Positions 56,635 through 64,000 of a stretch of DNA of 64,000 nt are shown here, one piece after another. The notes beneath the pieces are model-generated. The model was not told the origin of the DNA, made no database searches, and worked only from the letters and a program-made list of their open reading frames with translations. The first letter of the stretch is position 1. Every line of letters starts with the position of its first letter. A program made the position numbers and the translations under genes. Source of the DNA: an uncultured Pseudomonadota bacterium (GTDB lineage: Bacteria; Pseudomonadota; Alphaproteobacteria; Rs-D84); contig CACYHO010000004.1 in NCBI GenBank assembly GCA_902774285.1, positions 4,796 to 68,795 on the forward strand, read 5' to 3'.

Positions 56635-57801
56635 TTAATTTTCAAGCGCTATAATTCCTGGCAAACTTTTACCTTCTATAAATTCAAGGAATGCACCGCC
56701 ACCTGTTGAAACATAACTGATATCATTCAAAACATTACATATATCCAATACTGCAACTGTATCTCCGCCACCGACAATGCTTTCCAGATGTCCCTCTTTG
56801 GTATATTGTGCCAGCGCACGCGCAAATTCAAACGAAGCCCTGCCCCATCTTTCACCAAACTCGGTTACACCAAACGGCCCATTCCAAATAACAGTTTTAG
56901 CTTCTTTTAATAATTCTTTATTTCGTGCAATTGTTTTATCCCCATCGTCCATTATTATATCGTCATCTTTGATTTTATCGGCATCACGATTTTCGCGTTT
57001 TGCATTTTTATCAAATTCTTTGCCGACACCTTTATCAAGCGGTAAAAATAATTCACAATTATTTTCTTTTGCAGTTGCCATTATATCTTTGACCGTATCA
57101 ACCATATCTTTTTCACAAAGTGAATCACCCACGGGTAATCCCAGCGCATAATTAAATGTTGTTCCCATTGCACCACCGACAACCATTTTATCTGCAATTT
57201 TTACAATCTGTTTCAATACATCTATTTTGGTTGAAACCTTGCCACCACCAACATATGCAACCAATTGTCTTTGTGGATTATTTAATAACTTGGTTAAATT
57301 TGTTATTTCTTTTTCCAATAACAGTCCCGCAAAGGCAGGCAAATATTTTGTTATACCAACCACACTTGCAGCGCTGCGATGAGAAACAGCGAAAGCATCA
57401 TTAACATATATATCAAAACCTGTTGCTAATTTTTGTGCGAAAGAATCTTCATTTTCTTCTTCGCCAATATGAAAACGCAAATTTTCCAATAAAACAACAT
57501 CGCCATCTTTCATATTTGGCAAAAAGTCTTTATCCAAACAATCTTCAATAAAAGGTATATTCATATATTCTGCAATTGATCGCAGAGATAATTCAGGATT
57601 TTTTTTACCCTTTGGTCGTCCAAGATGCGAACAAATAACAACACGCGCACCATGTTCCGTTAAATATTTTATTGTTGGTATGGACGCATCTATTCTAAAA
57701 GAATCTGTTATTTCACCATCGACAATTTGAACATTAAAATCATCACGCAATAAAACATACTTTGAATGAACATCAATATCACGAACATTACGAATTTGCA
57801 T
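56635..57801 (-). CDS. pgk: Phosphoglycerate kinase
   Basis: RDDFNV ... SHLGRPKG ... VNDAFAVSHR ... TGGGAFLEF motifs. Confidence 0.96.
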   Translation of the reverse strand: MQIRNVRDIDVHSKYVLLRDDFNVQIVDGEITDSFRIDASIPTIKYLTEHGARVVICSHLGRPKGKKNPELSLRSIAEYMNIPFIEDCLDKDFLPNMKDGDVVLLENLRFHIGEEENEDSFAQKLATGFDIYVNDAFAVSHRSAASVVGITKYLPAFAGLLLEKEITNLTKLLNNPQRQLVAYVGGGKVSTKIDVLKQIVKIADKMVVGGAMGTTFNYALGLPVGDSLCEKDMVDTVKDIMATAKENNCELFLPLDKGVGKEFDKNAKRENRDADKIKDDDIIMDDGDKTIARNKELLKEAKTVIWNGPFGVTEFGERWGRASFEFARALAQYTKEGHLESIVGGGDTVAVLDICNVLNDISYVSTGGGAFLEFIEGKSLPGIIALEN

Positions 57802-58414
57802 TTTTTTCTATCCTTTCTTTAACCGGACGATAAGTCTTTCTATAATGTTCATTTATACCATATTTATCGATTGCTTGCAAATGTTGTTGTGTTGGATAGC
57901 CAGCATTCTTTTCCCATTCATATTGTGGATATTTTTTTGCAAGTTCATTCATTATTCTATCACGTGTGACTTTCGCAATAACAGATGCCGCTGCTATTGA
58001 TAAAGATTTTGCATCTCCTTTGACAACAGGTTCACCCGTTAATCCCTTTGGCATTTTATTACCATCAATTAAACAATATCCCACTTCACAACCCAGTTTG
58101 CTTACCGCGCGCTTCATCGCTGTTAATGATGCTTGTAAAATATTCATTTCATCTATTTCTTGTGCACTGCATTCTGCAACAGCCCAAACAATATCAGGAT
58201 TATTTGTTATCCAATCATAAGCGATATTTCTTTGCTTTTCACTCATCTGTTTGGAATCGCTTATAAGTGGCATATCATCAAAATTATATTTCTTGAAAAC
58301 AACAGCACCCGCAACAACAGGTCCACACAACGGTCCACGCCCTGCTTCATCAACACCGGCAATTATCTTATGTCCGCAATTTTGTTCAATTGAAAAATCT
58401 GGAACACTTCGCAT
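57788..58414 (-). CDS. rnhB: Ribonuclease HII
   Basis: GVDEAGRGPLCGPVVA ... DSKQMSEKQR ... ASVIAKVTRD. Confidence 0.94.
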   Translation of the reverse strand: MRSVPDFSIEQNCGHKIIAGVDEAGRGPLCGPVVAGAVVFKKYNFDDMPLISDSKQMSEKQRNIAYDWITNNPDIVWAVAECSAQEIDEMNILQASLTAMKRAVSKLGCEVGYCLIDGNKMPKGLTGEPVVKGDAKSLSIAAASVIAKVTRDRIMNELAKKYPQYEWEKNAGYPTQQHLQAIDKYGINEHYRKTYRPVKERIEKNANS

Positions 58415-58420
58415 AATTTT

Positions 58421-60145
58421 TTACAAAGACATTTTATTTAATTTGTTATTTATAACGTATTCATCTTCGCTGTTGTAATAAGGCCAATTACCGTCAGCCA
58501 AATCTTTTAATGCGGTAAGCGGTTGATTTAAACGCGCACGATAAAGCCATAAATTAGACATAACACGTTTAATATAATTACGCGTTTCGTATGCCGGAAA
58601 ACTTTCTATATACAACAATGGATCAGATGTAGAAAAACTTTTTTCAAATTTAACCAAATTACCCATGCCCGCATTATACGCAACCAACATTTTTATAATA
58701 TTATTTTGAATTAATTGGTGTTGTAATAAATCTACAATGTATTGTTGTCCCAAAAACATATTGTGTTCCGGATTAGACATATCAATATCAGACATTTTAA
58801 CATCATTCTTTCGTGCAACACGTTTTGCAGTACTTGGCATAAGTTGCATAACACCATTAGCCCCAGCCCCAGATTTAGCATTTGTTTTAAAACCGCTTTC
58901 TTGTTTTGTTATCGCCAAAAGCAATGCACGATCAATGGACCACCCCCCCAACGGTTCCCAATTTGGTAATGGGTATTGTGCAGAATAAATAATATCGTCA
59001 TTTATTTCTAACACACCCCTGTCACGCATAACCCCGGATACCAAAATTGATACACTGGGTAATCCATACAAAGCCGCAACTGCATTAATTGCATGTAATA
59101 ATTTATCTGAAGACTTCGCTGTTACCAAATATTTAAGATATTGTTCCGCCCTGGCTTTACGACCAACCTGTAATAAAGCCAACGCTTTTTTACCATATTT
59201 ATCTTCACGCAGTATAATAATATCTTCATCTGAACATTCTTGATCAAAAAATTCATATTCTGGTTCATTACCCAACATAGTAGATGCCAGCGCACCATAA
59301 AAAGACATAGGATATGCAGCTGCTATCTTCCAATATTTTTTGGCAGATGCCCTGTCCCCATTTATGTCAGCACTGCGACCGGCCCAAAAAGCCGCTTCTG
59401 TTTTACGCGCATTGTTTATTTGCGTTAAATCTAAAATTTGTGAAAAATATTTTTGTGCTTCACTATATTTTTGTTCTTTGAAATAAAGCAATCCCATCGT
59501 CCATAAACCATATTCAGATTTTGCGTCTGATGAAACAAACCCCCATTTTTTTGCTAATTCATATTCACCATTTGTGTAATATAAAAAAGACAAACGACCT
59601 GCAAGACGTCCATAATCAGATTCAGAAATTTTTGATTTAAAAGATTTTGTTTCCAAAATATTGCGTGCATTTTTTGAAGAACCTGTTCTTATTGCACGTT
59701 TAAATTTATCTATCTTTTTTGTTGTTTTGTCATTATAAGTTTTAACAGTCCAAGTTTCAGATTGTGCTGTTTCAATATATTCCTTACCTGTAATAATATG
59801 CGGAACAACCGGTTTACGTACAGATGCTTGTTTTATTTTTGCGATTTTGGATAATCTTTCTGCGCCTGGCATATCATAGTATTTATTCATCCAAGACTGT
59901 AATTCCGCCCCACGCGTATGATAGGTTTTCGAAGTGTATCTTTGATACAAAACTTCATTCATTAAAGATTTATCTGTTAATTTAGCTTCTATTTTCTTTG
60001 CGCTGTCTATTTTTTCTTTATCTTGCAACATAAATATCTGGGCATAAAGCGCGGCATTATCTTCTGATAATATATCTACAGATTCCAACGCAAACACTGG
60101 ACACAAGAAAAATATCGCCATAAAAATGCTTAATATTTTTTTCAT
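58421..60145 (-). CDS. slt: Soluble lytic murein transglycosylase (Slt70-like)
   Basis: Signal peptide, a superhelical N-terminal region, and the SLT catalytic motif (KQESGFKTNAKSGAGANGVMQLMP ... AYNAG). Confidence 0.88.
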   Translation of the reverse strand: MKKILSIFMAIFFLCPVFALESVDILSEDNAALYAQIFMLQDKEKIDSAKKIEAKLTDKSLMNEVLYQRYTSKTYHTRGAELQSWMNKYYDMPGAERLSKIAKIKQASVRKPVVPHIITGKEYIETAQSETWTVKTYNDKTTKKIDKFKRAIRTGSSKNARNILETKSFKSKISESDYGRLAGRLSFLYYTNGEYELAKKWGFVSSDAKSEYGLWTMGLLYFKEQKYSEAQKYFSQILDLTQINNARKTEAAFWAGRSADINGDRASAKKYWKIAAAYPMSFYGALASTMLGNEPEYEFFDQECSDEDIIILREDKYGKKALALLQVGRKARAEQYLKYLVTAKSSDKLLHAINAVAALYGLPSVSILVSGVMRDRGVLEINDDIIYSAQYPLPNWEPLGGWSIDRALLLAITKQESGFKTNAKSGAGANGVMQLMPSTAKRVARKNDVKMSDIDMSNPEHNMFLGQQYIVDLLQHQLIQNNIIKMLVAYNAGMGNLVKFEKSFSTSDPLLYIESFPAYETRNYIKRVMSNLWLYRARLNQPLTALKDLADGNWPYYNSEDEYVINNKLNKMSL

Positions 60146-60148
60146 AAT

Positions 60149-60655
60149 TTAAAACAGCGATGTCTTTGGTTTTGGCAATTCACATACGATTGCATCTTCA
60201 TCTGCTTCTGGGATTTGACTAATAATTTTCTTGAAATCAGCCACCTTGGAAAATTTACGATAAACAGAAACAAATCTTATAAACGCGATTGGATCAAGAT
60301 TCAACAAAGAATCACTTACCATTTGTCCAACCATTGCACTGGTTACCATATCGTCTTCTGATTCTGTTTCAAGACGACGTTGAATGGATGCGACAAGGCG
60401 TTCGATTTGTTCATCGCGAACATCACGATTACGACAAGCCAATTTTATACTGCGATACAATTTGTCGCGATCAAAAGGTTCCAATTTACCATTGTTTTTA
60501 CGAACAACCAAATCGCGCATTTGAATACGTTCAACCGTAGTGAATTTTGCACCGCATTGATTACACACACGACGACGACGAATAATAGCGTCTTCAATAT
60601 CTGGACGTGAATCTGCCACACGGCTATCAGTAGAATTACAATATGGACATCTCAT
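60149..60655 (-). CDS. nrdR: Transcriptional repressor NrdR
   Basis: MRCPYCNS ... CNQCGAKFTTVE zinc ribbon plus an ATP-cone. Confidence 0.95.
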   Translation of the reverse strand: MRCPYCNSTDSRVADSRPDIEDAIIRRRRVCNQCGAKFTTVERIQMRDLVVRKNNGKLEPFDRDKLYRSIKLACRNRDVRDEQIERLVASIQRRLETESEDDMVTSAMVGQMVSDSLLNLDPIAFIRFVSVYRKFSKVADFKKIISQIPEADEDAIVCELPKPKTSLF

Positions 60656-60841
60656 AGTTCTTTAAGATTAGAAAAAATTCATTGATAAGTAAAGCAGAAT
60701 TTATCGTAAAAAAATTGCTTTTTTATAAAAATCAAGTGTTTTTTTTTCAAACCGATTCGCTTGATGCTTTTTTATAGGTCGAAAATATGGTAAAATATAA
60801 CAAAGGTCAGGACCCACAAAGTCCAGAAAACGAGAGAGAAA

Positions 60842-61942
60842 ATGCAAAAATACCTGAACAAAATTTTGTGCGGTGATTGTATTGATATAATGCGCAAAAT
60901 TCCAGATGCATCTGTTGATGCGGTTTTTGCTGATTCCCCATATAATTTACAATTGGGAGAAAAGACTCTTTATCGCCCTGAAGACCAAACCGCAGCACGC
61001 GCGGTGCGTGATAATTGGGATGCGTTTGAATCTAATGAACAGTATGATGAATTTACACGTCAATGGATGCGCGAATGTAAACGCATATTAAAACCAGATG
61101 GTGCAATGTGGGTTATTGGATCGTACCATAATATATTCCGTGTTGGTTCCATTTTACAAGATATGGGATTTTGGATTTTGAATGATATTGTTTGGGTTAA
61201 AACAAATCCAATGCCTAATTTCCGCGGAACACGTTTTACAAATGCACATGAAACTTTGATTTGGGCTACACCCACCAAGACGGGCAAATACACATTTAAT
61301 TATGAAACCATGAAGAAATTAAATGGCGGAAAACAAATGCGTTCTGATTGGGATATAAATATTTGTTTGGGTGAAGAACGTGTCAAAGACGAAAATGGAA
61401 AAAGTTTACATAACACACAAAAACCAATGGATTTATTGCGTCGCGTTATTTTGGCTTCTACCAAGGCTGGCGATATTATATTGGATCCATTTGTTGGTTC
61501 TGGAACAACAGCTGCTGTTGCCAAAGAATTGGGGCGTCAATTTATCGGCATAGATCGCGAAGAATCTTATGTCAAAGCGGCACGCGAACGTGTAAATAAT
61601 ATAACACCAATTGATTTATCTGATATTGAAGTATCTGCACCGAAACGCGATGCAATCAAGGTTGGATTCCGCGAATTAATTGATGCAGGATTGCTTTATG
61701 TTGGACAAACGTTGGTTGGCCCACGCGGTGATCGTGTAATGATCACACACGACGGACAATTGATGCATACGTTGTACGGCAAAGCATCAATTCATGTTAT
61801 GGCTGCACGTATTCAACACAGTGTAAGTTTTAATGGATGGGATTATTGGTCCGCACAAAAACAAGACGGCACATTGGTTCCAATTGATGAATTACGTAAA
61901 TATATTCGTGATATAAAACAAAACATCAAAAAAGCAGCGTAA
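60842..61942 (+). CDS. ccrM: CcrM-type (beta-class) N6-adenine DNA methyltransferase
   Basis: Near-collinear with the CcrM sequence as I remember it. Examples: ILCGDCIDIMRKIP, WVIGSYHNIFRVG, FWILNDIVWVKTNPMPNFRGTRF(T)NAHETLIWA, QMRSDW, HNTQKP, DPFVGSGTT. The catalytic tetrad reads DSPY rather than DPPY. Confidence 0.92.
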   Translation: MQKYLNKILCGDCIDIMRKIPDASVDAVFADSPYNLQLGEKTLYRPEDQTAARAVRDNWDAFESNEQYDEFTRQWMRECKRILKPDGAMWVIGSYHNIFRVGSILQDMGFWILNDIVWVKTNPMPNFRGTRFTNAHETLIWATPTKTGKYTFNYETMKKLNGGKQMRSDWDINICLGEERVKDENGKSLHNTQKPMDLLRRVILASTKAGDIILDPFVGSGTTAAVAKELGRQFIGIDREESYVKAARERVNNITPIDLSDIEVSAPKRDAIKVGFRELIDAGLLYVGQTLVGPRGDRVMITHDGQLMHTLYGKASIHVMAARIQHSVSFNGWDYWSAQKQDGTLVPIDELRKYIRDIKQNIKKAA

Positions 61943-62508
61943 TGAATATCGAACAATTTTTTGAACAATTTTTCAAAAAAGATTTTATTTCTGAATACAA
62001 CCATTCTAATTACATAAACCAAATAAATGGCAAACAATATTTTCATATGGATTGCAGCGGTTTTGTATATTGGTGTTTGATGCAAATGGGATATACCAGG
62101 GCATTGACGGAACTTAGAATATTTTTACGTCAAAATTCATTTATAAAAATAAACAGATTCTATTGCAAAGATTTTTCTTTTATTTATCAACACAAACAAG
62201 ACTTTAAATATTGGAATTTTTTAACAAGCCCCTTGCCAAATTGTATTTTGATTGTTTTGTTTCCCGATGGAAATGGGCATTGTATGTTTGTCAAAGAAAT
62301 CATAAATATGGATAATAATAAAATGCGTTTACGTGTGATTGATTCAACACATTACGCACATAAAAATGATACCCGTATTGATAACACCGGTATTGGTATT
62401 GGCGAAATTGAAATCAGTTTTAAAAACGGAAATTATGTTTATGATTCTTGTAATAAATCATTACCGACAAGAAACGCAGAAATATATTTTGTATCACCAA
62501 TAAAATAA
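61942..62508 (+). CDS. NlpC/P60-like (papain-fold) protein without a signal peptide
   Basis: HMDCSGFVYWCL (candidate catalytic Cys) and GNGHCMFV (candidate His). The ATG overlaps the ccrM stop (TAATG). Confidence 0.5.
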   Translation: MNIEQFFEQFFKKDFISEYNHSNYINQINGKQYFHMDCSGFVYWCLMQMGYTRALTELRIFLRQNSFIKINRFYCKDFSFIYQHKQDFKYWNFLTSPLPNCILIVLFPDGNGHCMFVKEIINMDNNKMRLRVIDSTHYAHKNDTRIDNTGIGIGEIEISFKNGNYVYDSCNKSLPTRNAEIYFVSPIK

Positions 62509-62512
62509 AAAA

Positions 62513-62540
62513 ACACCGAATTAAATCGGTGTTTCTTTTT
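62513..62540. terminator. Bidirectional terminator hairpin
   Basis: ACACCGA-attaaa-TCGGTGT flanked by an A-run and a T-run. Confidence 0.65.
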
Positions 62541-62556
62541 ATTAATTATCTGTAAA

Positions 62557-64000
62557 TTACCAGATTCCATGTGATGTCATCAGGGCATCATCTGCTATAC
62601 AAATGGTTCCAGAAAGCTTACATGCAGATGGGATCAATGTATATTTACCAGATCTGTCTTTAAGGTTAATTTGAACCTTTGGACAATCCATTAATTTGCT
62701 GTTGAATTGTGAACATGCTTGTTCCCAAGACGCTTTATCAACAACAGCAGATGTTGGGGATACCGCATCTGGCAAATGCAAATTCCATTTTACATAGAAA
62801 TCTTTCAAAGAATCTATGGTGTGTGCTTTACCCAAAGCAACAGAATTCAAACCATCACCAACTTTACATGTAATGTTGCTTTTTTCAACAAATGCTGTAA
62901 TAGCAGTTGCGATACCACCAGCCGCAGCACCAGTTGCCGCACCGATAGCAACGCCTTTACCAATTTCTTTACCTTTATCTAATTTAACATTTATACCAAC
63001 ACCTTTATCCAATCGGCTTAATACAGACTGCATAACTCTTAAATCACCTTTGATTGTTTTATCATCTACACACGCATCTGTACCTTCACACAAAGGACTG
63101 TCTTCCCCGCCTTTTACAAGAACTTTATCCAAAGCTTTGAAAGAACAATTATTGATATATTCTATAGTTTTCTCTTTATTCGTTAACTGCAAATCACGAC
63201 TTGCGATTTCTTGTTCATTGCATATAAATTTACCATCGATTTTAAGTTCGCTAACAATTTGTTCTCTTTCCTGTGCAGTCAAACGATTTTCACAATAATC
63301 GAGTGCATGTTCATACATTTGAACTTTTGAATATAAATCAAGAACCTTTTCACAATCCGCAGAACCAAAATTATCAAAATTGATAGAGTCGTCATAATTT
63401 GATATAACTTCATCTTCGTGCATTATACTTCTAATATAATGTCCCATTTTTTCTACATATTTTGAATCGTTACAAGCTTCTTGTTTTTTCTTGTAAGCAC
63501 CTGCCCCGGCGGCTGCACCGATAGCACCACCAAGAACGGCACCACCAGGTACTGCGATAACAGCGGCAGTCTTGGTATCATTTAACAAAGAATTGAAATC
63601 AAACAAATCTTTGCTACAAGTAAATGTAGAGCCCGCTTTTTCCCAAACTTCTGCAGGGTTATCATTACCCACGGCCCCAAACAACCAACTGTTTGTAATT
63701 AATTTATCTTTGTTATACGCAGCAACACGAATTAAACATTCTGCTTTGGCTGCATCCCAACGTGCATAATGGCCACGATTTCCATCATATCCAACAGTAT
63801 TAACTTCAACACCTTGTGGTTTGTTTTTTGACAAAGTTCCATTCATTGCTTCGTTATAAGCACCAACTTTATTATTGTATTCTGTATTAACTTTGTCAGT
63901 ATCAGAAACGGCCGCAAATGAAGAACCATAAGTATTTCTGTCTAATAATAAACAAGTGTTTTCAGCCTGATTTGGGGTTAAACCTGTTTTACGCAAAACA
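62557..64000 (-). CDS. Large cysteine-rich protein with two glycine-zipper segments (partial; N-terminus beyond the window)
   Basis: The ORF is open to the window edge. The first residue in the ORF track is a TTG 4 nt from the edge, and no signal peptide is visible. Segments GGAVLGGAIGAAAGAGA and GKGVAIGAATGAAAGGIATAITA. Many Cys. Confidence 0.6.
   Translation of the reverse strand, partial: VLRKTGLTPNQAENTCLLLDRNTYGSSFAAVSDTDKVNTEYNNKVGAYNEAMNGTLSKNKPQGVEVNTVGYDGNRGHYARWDAAKAECLIRVAAYNKDKLITNSWLFGAVGNDNPAEVWEKAGSTFTCSKDLFDFNSLLNDTKTAAVIAVPGGAVLGGAIGAAAGAGAYKKKQEACNDSKYVEKMGHYIRSIMHEDEVISNYDDSINFDNFGSADCEKVLDLYSKVQMYEHALDYCENRLTAQEREQIVSELKIDGKFICNEQEIASRDLQLTNKEKTIEYINNCSFKALDKVLVKGGEDSPLCEGTDACVDDKTIKGDLRVMQSVLSRLDKGVGINVKLDKGKEIGKGVAIGAATGAAAGGIATAITAFVEKSNITCKVGDGLNSVALGKAHTIDSLKDFYVKWNLHLPDAVSPTSAVVDKASWEQACSQFNSKLMDCPKVQINLKDRSGKYTLIPSACKLSGTICIADDALMTSHGIW

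Noticed and set aside
1-64000. CRISPR arrays, rRNA genes and IS elements.
   Set aside because: I saw no regularly spaced direct repeats with unique spacers. No rRNA-like conserved stretches were found, and no transposase-like ORF appears in any frame. The repeats found are hairpins and tRNA-end copies with irregular spacing.

Overview
AT-rich chromosomal segment of a Gram-negative bacterium that looks alphaproteobacterial. The evidence is a CcrM-type adenine methyltransferase, CarD, tilS-ftsH and lptC-lptB synteny, a sigma32-like groESL promoter and BamE. A large pyruvate:ferredoxin oxidoreductase suggests an anaerobic lifestyle. About two thirds of the window is recognisable housekeeping: rho, eno, lptCB, prmC, ftsH, tilS, groESL, ssb, carD, bamE, PFOR, ctp, infA, clpXP, pgk, rnhB, slt, nrdR and ccrM. 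Four things stand out. (1) A paralogous family of large secreted cysteine-rich proteins shares the N-terminal signature C-x3-Y-x2-C-M-[DE]-x-[FY]-C-x9-C-x-C-S. Three giant copies cluster around infA (46.9-54.3 kb), a short copy lies at 6.6-7.4 kb, and a possibly related partial ORF lies at the right edge. I could not match the family to anything I know. (2) tRNA-Pro and tRNA-Gln are each followed by the same modular non-coding architecture. It includes a 113-bp core that is nearly identical at both loci but is bracketed by an inverted and a direct copy of the 3' end of whichever tRNA it sits beside. Hairpin modules and small cargo genes follow. Downstream of tRNA-Gln, a perfect 24-bp inverted repeat encloses an S8-like peptidase and a small membrane protein. 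(3) An orphan MotA/MotB-like stator pair at the left edge carries unusual appended domains. (4) Smaller oddities: a Fic protein with a degenerate motif, tandem membrane-anchored paralogs sharing an upstream box, a Pmp-repeat autotransporter, and ccrM translationally coupled to a cytoplasmic NlpC/P60-like gene. I found no integrase, transposase, CRISPR array, rRNA or recognisable multi-gene defence system. All calls rest on reading the sequence and the ORF translations; no database search was possible.
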